From: Utricularia gibba
Taxonomy: Eukaryota; Plantae; Magnoliophyta
Length of the DNA: 64,000 nt
Direction of reading: 5' to 3'
NCBI GenBank assembly: GCA_002189035.1
Contig: NEEC01000011.1
Span: forward strand, 1,984,001 to 2,048,000
Numbering within the stretch: the stretch's first letter is position 1; the number at the start of each line of letters is the position of its first letter. Made by a program: the position numbers and the translations under genes. Below the pieces are notes generated by a model that made no database searches, was not told the origin of the DNA, and saw only the letters and a list, made by a program, of their open reading frames with translations. Shown in pieces: positions 41,401 to 55,300 of the stretch.

Positions 41401-44400
41401 AATGGTGAGCATGACAACAGAACAAGCCATACACAGAGAGGTCAATGAGCTGAGGGTGAACAAAAAAATGACTATTACATATGAAAATAAAACCGAGATA
41501 AAAGGGGTGTAAAACACAATATTAATAAGAGATCCTTCAAGAGTTGGAGACGTAAAGAAAGAGCACAAAGAAGAAGAAAGAGTTTAGGCAATCAAATCTC
41601 CAATACCTAAAAAATTTAGTTTACATTTCAGATATCATTGTGATACGAGGAATTTAGGATTAAACACTTACTGGAAACGCCAAGTCAAACAAGGTGGTCT
41701 GGTTGGCACCAAATTTTGTGAACAGCAAACCACCTGGATGTGACTGCAACAAAAGCAAATGCTAAACATCACTAGATATTTCAATGGGCCCGCTACTGCA
41801 TCAACTGATCACACAGAAATAAATGAAGTGGATAAATCAATCGGGCTGAATGCATGAGCACTATTATGGGCACGGCTAGGGATGAAGAAGGCTAAAATGG
41901 GAAAAGTTATCTCATTCCTTTTATGTAGGAACTAGTATTTAACTCACTATGGACTTGGTGGTTTTTACGCAGTCATGAATTTCCAGAAAGAAATTGGCTA
42001 TGATTTTCTTCCTCCACGGTAGAGGAGTCTGTTTTCCCTTCCACTATAAATCATCTCTACCAGGGACATGTGCACGAGTGCTGATTTACCTTCAACTACA
42101 CGGGTTAAAGATGGGCACTCCCCACATTATCACCAAACTGCTTGAACAAACTGCTAGAAAATGAATCTAAAATAAACCTACGTTGAAGTTCAAGCATCAG
42201 GCAATGCATCTCCCAGCAAAGAAGAATAATTTGTATAACCAACAATGCCCCAAGAATGGATAGCATGAAGACTTGTACCTTTTCCTTACGGTTGTCACTT
42301 TGAGTGTGCGAACCAATAATCACAACATTATTGGGAAGCTTCTCCAGCTTCATCTTAAATAATGCGTATGTTTCTGAATTTCGAGCCATGAACTTTTCTG
42401 CATCTTTCATAAACAATATGAACGGGAAATCTCGACTCGCATCAAATACAACCTAGTAATTTAGATTGGAAGCATTAGCACAAGGGAGAACAAAGCTTAA
42501 TACCCAAATTACATGAACAGCATAGAATTTCTACCTGAAACATAGTGTTAATCAATAACTTGTCATGATCCTCCAAACCTGAAGCATCCACACGAAGCTC
42601 AGAGGCTGGAAGCAAAAAAACAGCAGATCGAAATGTTACAAAGCTAGTACTCCAAAAGAAGAGAATGTAGAATCATAATGCGTTCATGTATGACCATTGC
42701 AGAAAAATCCATATCCACTTTCACATAGACCCCCAAAATCAACACCATCCTGCATGGATTTATCAAATCTGACACCAATTTTGGATGAAGGATTGTCCTC
42801 AAAAGGCAGAAGAACCTTCCCTTGCATTCCCGGAGTTGGGCCCCTAAAGGTTACGATGATGTGAGGCAATTTATATAACACACATGAAAACATACACTGG
42901 TATACATAAGCAAATACATAGACACTATAATATCCCTACGCGACTATGGCTTCAGAAACAAAGAGAGAAAGAAATTACTTTCAGTGTAGAATTATAGCAT
43001 CACCCAATATCCAAAAAAAATATGCTCACACAATTCAGTCATTGGTTATCACCCACTAAGCCCGCTAAATGTTGGGTTAGGATTGATAGCCTCAAGCTCA
43101 TAAAGTAAATGGCAAATGCATACGAGTTACTCTAATTACACTACATCAATATGCAATAACATATAGTGCTCTGCCTTATGAGAGATATAACCAAGAGCAA
43201 CACAGAAATTGCGCATGAAAATCATTATGCAATGGGAGTTTGTGATGATGGAGAGTAGCAACTAGGTTTGTTGAATAGGGTACGGTCTCAAGAAAAAGGC
43301 ATTTATGTGGGATTGAGGATGCAGGAAGACAGTTTGCAACAGAAATACACTAACTGATGTACCCAGCCACTTTTATCATTATGGCTTGATGAAGGGTTAT
43401 AAAAAACGCCCAATTTTCACTCAGATATACACTTGAGTGTGAAATCCATATCTAAATTCCACAACATTCTTCCAGAAATGATCTACTAATGAATCCATAT
43501 CCATTTTTCCAGAATAAAAGCATGGCCATTGGTCGGGTATCACATGTCCAGTTCGTTAAATATCAGAGTTACCTGGAAGAACAAAACAGCCCACCAGAAG
43601 CTGCCCCAACAAATTTGACTCGATCACCTATAATTTCCATTCCCAATAAATGAAGATAAAAAAAACAAGCATGCGTGTACACATGTAAAAACTCCCTATT
43701 GATACTAATATAAGAGAAACGTGGAGGCATGAATGCATACCAACTCTGAATGGACGGCTTTTAGAAGTGCCCACTGAGGGAATGCTGTCAACTTCCATCT
43801 TAGTATGGGATTCCATGCAATGTCGGACACTCACAGAAGAAGAGGTATCTGCTCCACCAGATCTTAGCCGAGCATCCTCTGCAGCATTTGTAGAACCCAG
43901 AACTTTTTTACTGGTTTCAGAGACTTTTTGTTGAATATCTCTCTTCCTGCGAAGCTCACCATCCTTACAAGAAGCCTGATATTCGAAAGTAAATAAACAC
44001 ATTACAATCCATGTCCTGACATGATGGGCATCAAGAGTTCCAAACCCACCCATTCAGCTACGACTATAAAAATCCACCTGAATTTTGCATGTATGGTCTG
44101 TTTCATGACACACTCATGCCATAAAACTGCACTAGGATGAGAAAAAGCATTCAGACCCAGAAAATGCAGGCCACATATGAGGAAGAAATACATGATATAT
44201 TTGCTGTCATGATTATGTGTATATCTGCCCAGAGATAAATTCCACAACGAGTGTAATATAATCTTACTGCCAAAAATGAATGACTGTCAAAGATGAGCAG
44301 CTTGGCTCCAAAATGATGAGAGAGTGCCTTTGCTAACATCTCCTGGTAGATGTCAGATCCTGAAGGTACAAGGACGTCATTAGGGAAATAAAAATCAATG

Positions 44401-46897
44401 AAGTCTAAAAATAAAGTACAGAAGACCTGGATACCTGCAGGGCCAGATAACAAGATTCTCGGATTCAGGGTGGGCAAGTTGTATGCATATTTCAGTTTCT
44501 CCTTGTGCTTCAATTGTATTAATGAAGCGGCAATTAGCACACTTTTGGTACTGTCACTGCATTTTATAGAGCAGTTAGCCTGTATGACCCTTCAAAAAGC
44601 AGGCTAGATTTGTATATTCTCATCATATTTTCAGATAGAACAAAGAGCAAACCTTAAGTAGTAAGGAAAATTATTAAATGAAACATCTATATCACGCCCA
44701 TCTAAAATTCCTGCGTGTATCTCCTCTGTAAACGTTGAAGCCCTTATAGAAGAATACCCCAATCCCAGTGACGAAGCAGGATCATGCCAATCTCTTTCCT
44801 CCTGAACACAAAAGAACTCTCATTAATACTAAGCATGCCTAATATGCCAAATATTCACAAGAAAATGATAGACGTGTTTTCACAATCCAAATGCATTCAA
44901 TAAATGATTCATCATGAGGTTAAAATAATGCCAACAAGGACCTACATATTCCCCGTTAACTGACATCATCTTCAACTTTAGCACTAGTGGAGAAAAAGAA
45001 GGTTTACTAACAACCTGGAAGGACTAATAGTCATGCACCAATACAGAATTCCATTCTCACACAGGTATGGGATTAGTTCAACCTCAGGGCTGCAAAGATT
45101 TTACCAGCATGCTACATTGTTTACCTCTAAGCCACCTTCTACATTTACATCAAGATGGAGGATTTCACTGGAATTCACTGCATCAATAGGTGTTTGGCTC
45201 CGTAGTTTCGTGGCTGAATTAGCCTCCTGGACATCAAAGTCATCTTCATTTGATGGAGGAGAGGAAGGCTGCTCACCTCCTTGATAAGTTTTATCAATCG
45301 CCTGTGGTGAAGGCTTATCATGCGATAAATCCTGACTAGAAAGGGAAGCAAGAATCGTAGCACCAGCAACTGCTGAAGCATCCCCTGCTCGTCTATGAAC
45401 TTGAACAAATTTTCCTATATTAGACTGAATATCTGATGCAGAAGTCCCGGCAATACCATCATAAGGCAGTTGCTGGAATATCTAGACAAACAAACCAGCT
45501 CCATGTGATCAAATCCCCAAAAAAAGGTAAAAATAAAAAAATCCGTAATGACTAATGAGATACGTACATATGCATGGCTTCCAAGAAAGCCAAAAATTAA
45601 TTCATCCCCAGAATTAAGATTATAAACACTGTTCCTTTCAATTGTTTTTCCATTCACTTGTACACATCCCTTGCTACCACGGCATTCCAGCACTGCAACG
45701 GCTCTACCTTCACGCTGATTATTATCACACAGCAAGCAGAAATGAAAACTACGGAATATCTTAGAAATAATCTGGTTCATGGAATTAAACAGAAACCTCG
45801 AGCATTAATAAGCAGAATTCCATGAGAGGATTTTTTTTAGAGTAGTTTCATTGCATGAATGATTTGAACATTTTCATATAGCTCCTTCCTGATTAATCTA
45901 ACCTCTGGTATGATAGCCAATCACCTCGACACACAGATGCTAAATTCTGAAAGGCAGAGTGAAATGAAAAAAAAACGTACCTCCAAGAGCCTTATGAAAC
46001 ATAAGAGTGCACTAATTGACTGATCTCGAATAGAAAGATGAGCATTTTTGCTTGATCCCACCATGAAACTTGTCGTGAACACTGGAACAGAATTATTCTG
46101 CAAGTGCATACGGATTGCATTAAGCCTTCAAAATAATGATGAAACCAATTCTACTGCATATGATACATGTAACTCTAAATATATATACTCCTGATGGCTC
46201 TGAATCAACTTCAAAATATGCGCAATCACCTGTGGGAATTCCGCAAGTAGTCTACACCAAGGGGATTTTGTTTCATAACATTGCTGATGCTTCCAAGAAT
46301 TGAAGGAGCTTCTACCCTTTCCCAAAATGGCCGCCACACCCCCTAAATTTAAATTTCGAACCAGGGTCAACAATTTCTCACATGTAACAACCTAATTGAA
46401 AAACCTCAACAAATCCCTCAGATTCAAAGCAGATATTCCTAAAAAAAAACCTTCTGAGAGGAACGCGTTGGCAACAGAAACAGAAGGCGTGGAAACTGGA
46501 GCTGTGGCCTCGGCTATGGCTGGACCAGAAATAACAGGAAGATCCAGTTGAACATTTGAGCTCGTTTCCTTTGGATTCTCTGTCGGGGGAGACACCGAAG
46601 CCTTTACGTTATCATTGCTGACATTGGAGGTGGAACTCTCACCCTGCCCACAAACGAAAATAAAAATTTAGATAAAGAAAATCAAGAAACTACTCAAATC
46701 AACACTAGAAACTCTAGAAACACAAAAAAATAAGCCAAAGAACAAGTTTTCTTCTTGATGAGATAAAAAGAAAGAGAAAAAAATTAAAAAAAAAGTGCCT
46801 TCTGACGCTTGGGAGAAGACGGTTTGTTAGCCCGCGAGGAAGATCTCTTATTAGAACTCGCCGGCGCCACAGATCCACTTCGCCTCGTCGACACCAT
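38402..46897 (-). CDS. Large plant AAA+ ATPase (MSP1/spastin-related, with FHA-like N-terminal region), many exons; 1-nt frameshift at about 38440
   Basis: Start [12 protein letters not shown]-like VQVNGK...[10 protein letters not shown]. First domain [20 protein letters not shown]. Walker A GPPGTGKT, Walker [32 protein letters not shown]-terminal WNEMYGEG...LSYFM*. Confidence 0.93.
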
Positions 46898-47669
46898 TTC
46901 ACTGTCAAAAGTGGTTGTTCCTCTTCTTACAGCGTAGGTGCGGCGAGAGACGAAGACAAGAACCCAAGAAATGCAGAAGTCATGGATGTATAGTATCCTG
47001 GGGGCGAAATGGAACAACCTTCTTTTATTGGGGCAAAACAGCAAATACCGTATTGTTATTAGTCAATGGATAGATATCCTATGGAGGTCGGCCACCCCAG
47101 GTGGCCCTCGTGCTTATTTTCGCTAGCCGCATCAGCCGCGCGTAGATCACACGTACATGGATGAGTCAACGCATAATAATTCACAACAACCCCTCATTTT
47201 CTGTTAATTGTATATCCACCCACGTCCTAATATAGAAATAAGACCTTACGTTGAATGATTAAATATTATTATTGCACTATTTTCTGGGTGTGTTTTAATT
47301 CCGTACTCTAATGACTAAATTACCCCCACCGTCGTCATCCACTCGGTTTCCTCTAGTTGCAGGTGGACGGCGGCGACGGTGGCACCGGCTCAGGTAGCTC
47401 TTTATCGTCCAACTCCTGCTTTTCATTCATTCACCGCATAGTCGGCATCAATTCCATGCTGATACACACAGCAGGGAGAATAGCAAGGACTCCGGAGCTA
47501 GAAAGGTGATGCATTACTAGAATCCATGCTAACAGAAAATGTTATGTTACAAGCAAGTACCCAACGCCTCCTACGGCTGCGAGTCAAAGACAATGAGGCC
47601 GTGCAGCAGGAGCAGCAAGCAGTTCAACACGTTCCTCGTCTTTCGAGAGCAGGGATGTTGATGAAAAGA

Positions 47670-49301
47670 TCAACAATACGGCAACTCTATCCCAAGGTAC
47701 TCCCAGTTATCCGGTTTTGAGTCTTCTTCCTTCGGTTTGCAGCTTTCAACTTTGACACTCTTGTCCACTTTGGGTCGTGGGCGCCTGCGGTAGGAAACAA
47801 GAAACATAACAGTTGAAAGTTCTCTGTCATTCCAAAACTTCACAAAATTTGGGAAGTAGAATGAAAGGCACTCAAGTCCACCGGGTTTAGCTGTATACAC
47901 GTGTGAAAATTCTCTTCTTCTGGTTCGTTTCCATCTACTCACAGTAAAGCCGCAACAAGCACATGCCAACTACATACGAATATATAAGAGCCACTGTGGA
48001 ATAAACTATGCAGTGCGCTGAAAGCCCCTCTTTATGCTTCATCTCCACAGACCACAAACCACCATTCTCACAACTAATCCTCAAGGCAAGTTCAAATGGA
48101 GGTATGGGAAAAGTCTTACAACACCTCTCTATATGTTGATGGGCAGAAGAGCCTCAATGATCACAAGGGTGCAGGCCATGTTATAGGTTCTTTGAGGACA
48201 TGCCGGCACATCACTACTTGAGAATCAAGTGGTCACCTCCCTCTTAACACCCTACCCAACTAGTGCAGGCTCATAAAGAGAAATAAGGTTGTTCTTTACC
48301 CTAATTCCCCTTCATAAAAGTCTAAAATGACATACAGACACAAGAAAATCTAAAATCCAATATATGCAAAGAACGTCATTATAAGCTGACAGCTACAAGA
48401 GCACCTAAAGGCACAATGCGGAAACAACGAAGGGCGATGCATTATCACCCATATATTCAAGATAACAAAGTATCAATGAATTTTTGTCTGGTTTCTCCGT
48501 TCAGGCTTATTTTAGCGATATCTAAGACGACAAAGAATGCAACTTTCTGTTACTTTCAGTAGTGACAATTCTATCTCCTACCCGCCTCATCTATCATTCT
48601 ATGCAACATCCTGATTTCCAAAGAATGTGGCTGTAGTTTCTCTAGAAAAATGGCAACCCCACATTCTCTTAAACACACAAGGATTTAAATGAACAAAACA
48701 TGTCCCGTGACAGAGAAAGATTAGATTTCTCATGATGAGAAGTTGAGACGTACCCAATTTAGAAAGAAGTTGAGTCATAAATGAAATGGGCAACCAGAAA
48801 ACTAAAGAGCTAAGCTTAGCTTCAAAGAATCAACCTTTTCCGGTTTTTTTGGGCTGCTTCTCTTGTCTTCCTTCTCCTTCTCTCCTGCGACGTCTCAAAG
48901 TACCTCCTTCGCTTACACTCCCGAAGAACACCCGCCTTAGAAACCTCCCTTCGGAACCTGCCGATCAGTCTCTCCTCTGGTTCATTGTCTCCCACTATGA
49001 CCTGACAATTGTACGCTGAACTGAAGCATAAAGTATTCGAGTGTGCGAAACAAGGAAACGCCACAGACAGGACATCAAAGTCCTCGGAGCTTTTACGAAA
49101 TGGGATTCCTGCTCTTCGATCGAATACTATTGGTTTGGGTGAAATCATGGGGACAACAAACGAACCATGGAGTTGAGTTTCGACATTGAGAGCTAACTTA
49201 TTTCTCAAACTGGAGTTAGAAGATAGCCCCGCGGCGAATTTCTGCGGCGGGGCACTCGTCTGAGGAACGCCGAAAAGCGGCGAAGGTTTGAAAACCGCCA
49301 T
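47670..49301 (-). CDS. RPS21: Plastid-targeted ribosomal protein bS21; intron 47785-48844
   Basis: Ser-rich transit peptide, then the S21 core YNCQVIVGDNEPEERLIGRFRREVSKAGVLRECKRRRYFE. Exon 2 reads RPRPK...DNWEYLGIELPYC*. Confidence 0.9.
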
Positions 49302-49798
49302 GAAGTTTGATAACTTCGAGGGAACCCCTGCTGGTGCTCTCTCTGTATATATATATATAGAAAAAATATCGATTAATTGAATGTTTAAAGGAATGCAAAT
49401 CGTATAATCCATGAATCGGTTTCGACTCATGGATGCCTGAGACTTTCTCCGGCTTCCGTCACACAACAACGGCTGCAATTCACCATGACGGTTTCCTTTT
49501 TTGGTTCTGATTTATTGCATCCTCTTCGGCGTAAATGCCGCGCATTCCATGCCATTGAATGTATCAGGTTTTTAGTATTTTTGTTCCTTTGGATTCTTCG
49601 CATTCAGCGCTTCTTCCCGTTTCCTCCAAGCACAAGGTTCTTTATTTTCTAATGTTTGTGATTCCCTTCTTGTTTATTTGGTTTGATCGGAACATGGGCA
49701 ATTGATTTCCTTTTTTTCTTGAGACAGGATCAAGCAAGGTCGATTTTTCCTGCGTGCCTAGTTAACTGTTGAATCGATTATCTTCTTAATAGAGAAGT

Positions 49799-51162
49799 AT
49801 GGGTTCTCCTAGAGCCCAGATGGTTGGCCATTGCCATTCTGATAGTCCAACAAGCAGCTCTTTGATGAATGAGTTACTTGGGTTGCTCCGAGTTCGAGTG
49901 AAAAGAGGTGTAAATCTCGCTGTTCGTGATATGAACAGCAGTGATCCTTATGTTGTTGTCAGGATGGGCAAACAGGTAGCCATTTCTTGTTATTAGACTT
50001 TTTCTTTTGGATTTATATGCAAGGATATTTGAACCTTCCTGGCTGTAAGTTCAACAAGGAGCACCATAACCATTGGGAAAGGCCAATTAGCTGCGCCTCC
50101 TTAAATTACCATCCCTGTTTTGTATTTTCTATATCATGAAATTGTCCATTTTCTTGGAGCTGCTACGCTAAGATGAGGCATGTGCTATTTTCTTGTGATT
50201 CTTGTGTGCTGCAATGTTTTATCTCAACGAAGCATGCCTTGGGAGAGACAATTCGTTGTTTCTTGATGCAAAAAATAGGAAAACTTGTTCTCATGACTCC
50301 TAACATTTGCTTTGGCTATATTCTTTTCATGGAATCTGTGTTTCAGTTCTTTGCTAATGTATCTATACATGATTCAGAGGTTGAAAACTCGAGTGATAAA
50401 AAAAGATGTTAATCCCCAATGGAACGAGGACTTGACACTCTCAGTTTCAGACCCGAGTCATTCTGTTTCCCTGGTGTGCATCTTCTCCTTCCCTTCCAAC
50501 CATCTTTCATTTTATTTCATCTTCATGCTTTCCATTCATTCCTATGAAAACTCGATAATTCATCTGGTAAAAAGAATCATGGCTATAAATCTTCCTATCT
50601 GTGCATCATTGTGTACGAGTGGCTTTTCACTTTATTTCATCTCCATCCTTTCCATTCATTCCCAGAAAACTCGTTAATTCATCTGGTAAAAAGAATCATG
50701 GCTTTGAATCTCCCTATCTGTGCATCATTCTGCATCATCTCGATAATGCTCTCTGTGTTCATGCCTTTGATTCATTCACAAAGCTGATCAGGGAAAAGAA
50801 ACCAAAACACCTGATCATTCATCTGATAATATTCCATAATCATCCCTCTGAACAACGACTGCCCTTTACAGACTGTCTACGACCATGACACATTCAGCAT
50901 GGACGACAAGATGGGAGAAGCAGCGTTAGACATAAAACCATTCATTGAAGCCCTGAAGATGCATCCAGATGGTCTCCCAAACGGCACCATCATCTCCAAG
51001 ATTCAGCCTTCTCGGAACAACTGCCTGGCCGAAGAGAGCTCCATCATCTGGAAAGACGGAAGGGTGATCCAGGACATCTGCCTGAGACTCAAGAATGTCG
51101 AGACCGGAGAAGTTGAGCTTCAGCTCCAGTGGATTGATCTTCCCGGTGCGAAGGGCTTGTAA
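49799..51162 (+). CDS. CAR: C2-domain ABA-related (CAR) protein, 3 exons
   Basis: LLGLLRVRVKRGVNLAVRD..SSDPYVVVRMGKQ/RLKTRVIKKDVNPQWNEDLTLSV, VYDHDTFSMDDKMG, LRLKNVETGEVELQLQWID. Confidence 0.93.
50505..50729. repeat. Direct duplication of about 105 bp (period about 120 bp) inside CAR intron 2
   Basis: TTTCA.TTTATTTCATC...AAAACTCG.TAATTCATCTGGTAAAAAGAATCATGGCT...CTATCTGTGCATCATT occurs at 50505 and 50625. Confidence 0.9.
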
Positions 51163-52227
51163 TCATCCACAGGTTTTGAAGGCAACGCAGGTGCATGTCG
51201 TCTAAGTTGTCTTAGATAGTAAGATTTATTAGTACTTTATAACTTTCATGTATAGGATTTACCAACTACTGAAATATTTCCAAAATTCAACCAAAAATTC
51301 AATTTTTCGAATAGTGATTTTATAATCATGATATAAATTACTTCTTTTTGTGTGGATAATTTTTGTTTATTTTTAACCATAAAAAGCTAAATGTATCTAG
51401 TTTTTAAGTACAAAACTTAAATGATAACTGTCTTATACAATTACTCAAAATATTGAATAGATAAAGTGATCATTCATGTCAATTTAAAGTATACATGTAG
51501 TTATTGATAGCTCATATATTATAATTTTTTAAATAAATCTAAAAATAAGTATTCTGTTGATTTAAAATATTTGACATTTTTTCGATTCCAAATAACCTAT
51601 AGTGCAATATATCATACGACTCTTATAAACCTTTCCAAATGGCCATATCCACATATCATAAAATTAATTCTATTTAATAAATTTTAAAATATCATTTTTT
51701 TTACTAGTGAATGAGCAGATACCAAATTATCAAAGGTAATTTTGTTTATCTTGATCAATTTCCAATGAATAGGGGGTTAATGTAGGTGATCCTTATAGAA
51801 AAATGATATTATTTATTTAATATTTTTTATTTAAATAATAATTATTATTGAGTATGAATTTTCAAAATCTTTTATATAGATTAGACTAAATTTATAATTG
51901 ACAATATTCAAATCATCATTGAATGTAAAATATATTATTATTTATAATTTCTAAACACAAATAATTTGCATGGGGGATGTGGGCTAGGATTTGAAGCTGT
52001 TTGGGCTGCGGCGCAGCCCATTAAATGAAAGCCCTCCGACCAAAAGCTGACCCTTTCCTGACATGACAGGCGGAGTCACATGGCGGCTGCTGTCTTAATG
52101 CACGTTTCTGCAGCGAGATTCCCGGCTTATGCGTCCCTGAAGGAGTATTTTATGTTCTAGATCCATTACCTTTGCGGTGATCATCCTTTCTCGGTATTCA
52201 TGCCGCTTCATCGGTAGCCGCATTGGA

Positions 52228-52305
52228 ATGCAGCAAAAAGGGAAATCTTGCAACCGGAGATCGAGGACCTTTTCTAGATCGCGCTTGGCCATCGAGGGCT
52301 GTTGA
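52228..52305 (+). promoter_or_regulatory. Conserved-peptide uORF of PEAMT (XPL1/NMT1-type CPuORF), 25 aa
   Basis: Translates as MQQKGKSCNRRSRTFSRSRLAIEGC*, closely matching the known Arabidopsis PEAMT uORF peptide (MQQRGRS.NRRSRSFSRSRLAVEG., from recall), directly upstream of the main ORF. Confidence 0.9.
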
Positions 52306-52351
52306 GAAAGTTTGGATCTTGATCGCTGCAATTGTCTTTGATTCATCTCCA

Positions 52352-55300
52352 ATGGGTTAGTCGCTGCATTCCTCCACGACGTTGAATCTGCGTGTCTTTA
52401 TGGCTGTTCTTCATGTTAATTATTGTTCTTGCTATAATGGAGTATAGCTTTTGCTGATGATCAGTGGAATTCTGATCTTTTGATGTGAATTTCGTAGATC
52501 AAGAGCGCGAGGTTCAAAAGAGTTACTGGCTCGAGCACTCTGAGAATCTGACAATTGAAGCCATGATGCTTGATTCCAAGGCAGCTGATCTTGACAGAGA
52601 AGAAAGGCCTGAAGTATAGTTCTTTTTTTTTCTTTTCCTGAAATCATGCTTACGGCATCTGCTTTAATCCCTAGCGTATCCGAAAAATACTTTTGTTTTT
52701 ATTCGCTATATTACCTTTTATAACTTGGGTGTCAGATCTTCTTTTTCAGATCCATCATCTGCTTGTCATTTTGTCGTCATCATGTTTTGTAATTTCCCAA
52801 ATGCCTGTTCTGTGGTTCTTTAATTTTATTTTGAGTCTAAATTGTTTCTGTTGCAATGTACGCTGCTTGGAATAAGGGCCTTTCTACAAGAAAATGTGCT
52901 ACATCATTAGTGTATTGTATTGGTGGCAAGTAGTTAAGATCACTAGTAAGTCTAATTCTACGTTACTTTTTAGCATCTAACAGCTGCCACCTTTTTTTGA
53001 AGGTGTTGTCTATGCTTCCTCCCTATGAAGGAATGTTCATTCTGGAATTAGGTGCTGGAATTGGCCGTTTTACTGGTGAAATAGCTACAAAAGCTGGCCA
53101 CGTTGTAGCATTGGACTTCATAGAAAGTGTGATAAAAAAGGTACATCTTCTAAGTGACCGCAATTATCTCTACCTTCCATTATCTGAAGCTTTTAATGCT
53201 CTTTTTTGTAGAATGAGAATATCAATGGGCATCATAAGAATATCACGTTTATGTGTGCTGATGTGGCTTCTCCAGACTTGAATTTTCCTGATCAGTCTTT
53301 TGACTTGTTATTTTCAAATTGGCTTTTGATGTATCTCTCGGATGAAGAGGTGAAATTTCTCAGTATTTTCTTTATCAGCATGTTTATTACTGTAAAAAAT
53401 GGTGGGTTGATGCGTCTCTTTATTTTCAGGTTGAGAATCTTGCTCAGAAAATGCTCAAGTGGCTGAAAGTTGGTGGTCACATATTCTTTAGGGAATCATG
53501 TTTCCATCAATCTGGAGACCACAAAAGAAAAAACAATCCTACTCACTATCGTGAACCACGTTACTATACCAAGGTTTTCTTTCAAAATTTGAGGATTTTT
53601 TGAAAGCTTAGATTTTGGATGAGTATTTTATCAAGGTTTCGGATAAGGATTTCATTCAAAAAAAAAATGTAGACTCTTGAATGCTATCAGATTTCGGGTA
53701 ATCTCATACTGTGTTTTATCGTGTTAATTTCCTGCACTAGGAACCATATAACACTTTATTAATATTAAAGAACCATGTATTTGATGCTATATTGAATTTT
53801 TAATTGTGGCTTAGGAATCTCGTGGATTTATGATTCACCTTACTGCGACCGGATTACAACATTTTGTTGACTCACAGCAAACCCTTTTGTGCTGAGTCAT
53901 TATCTGGTCCACTGCAGGTTTTTAAGGAACGGCATACGTGCGATGATTCTGGAAATTCATATGAACTTGCTGTTGTTGGTTGCAAATGCATTGGTGCTTA
54001 TGTGAGGAACAAAAGGAACCAGAACCAGGTGATGGGACTGTATTTTCTTTAAAATTAATTATCGTGTAACTTCATAAAGGTCGCCTATATGATGATTTCC
54101 TGAGGAATCTGGAGTGGTGTACATATCTTGGAGTTGGATGTTGAGAAATAAATTATGAGCATGGTGTTTCTTCTGGTCTACATCTTCTATTTGTCACTAT
54201 TGTACCCATGGGATTTCCTCGCTTGCAGATATGCTGGATTTGGCACAAGATTAGGTCGGATGATGACAGGGGGTTCCAGAAGTTCCTGGACAACGTCCAG
54301 TATAAATGCAATGGCATACTTCGCTACGAGCGTGTCTTTGGGCAGGGATTTGTGAGTACCGGCGGGATAGGTGCGAGTTTATGTACCTTTTAGTTTACTG
54401 AATATGGAATCAGAAGACTGCTGCTTGTTGTGATGCATTTTCTTTCATCATTCCCAAGCTTTAGAGTATCATTTATTATTTTAATTCTCTTTCTAGACAT
54501 GTTACAATGATTAGGCCATTCATATGTATGTGTCTATGAACAGATACTACTAGAGAGTTTGTGGCAAGACTTGATCTTCAACCTGGCCAGAAAGTCCTGG
54601 ATGTTGGTTGCGGAATCGGAGGAGGCGACTTTTACATGGCTGACAAGTATGATGTCCATGTAGTGGGCATTGATCTTTCAATCAACATGGTTTCCTTTGC
54701 TCTTGAGCGTGCCATAGGTTTGAAATGCCCTGTTGAATTTGAAGTTGCTGACTGTACAAAGAAAGAATACCCTCCTGCCACTTTTGATGTGATCTACAGC
54801 AGAGACACCATTCTTCACATTCATGTGAGTTAAATTTTATGTTTCCCAATATGATCCCTGTTTTCGTTCTCCCGCTCTCAACGTGCAAAACTTGTGATAT
54901 ACTTGTACAGGACAAACCATCTCTGTTCAAGTCGTTCTATAATTGGCTTAAGCCCGGAGGCAAGCTTCTCATAAGTGACTACTGCAAGAGTGCTGGAACT
55001 CCATCACCTGAATTTGCTGAATATATCAAGAGAAGGGATATGATCTGCATGATGTTGAAGCGTATGGACAGGTATTCTTTCAACACTACTGCTCATTCTC
55101 CATTATCATTCGTCCTATTGTGTGACATGTTTTCTGTGTTTATAGATGCTTCGAGATGCAGGTTTCAATGAGGTTACTGCTGAGGATCGAACGGATCAGG
55201 TAAAGTTGGCCTCTATTTCAATCCTCTTGCCTACTCCCCCTGCTACGCGTGTGCACCTCTGGTGCATGAAGCTTTTACACTACATTTGCATCCAGAGTCT

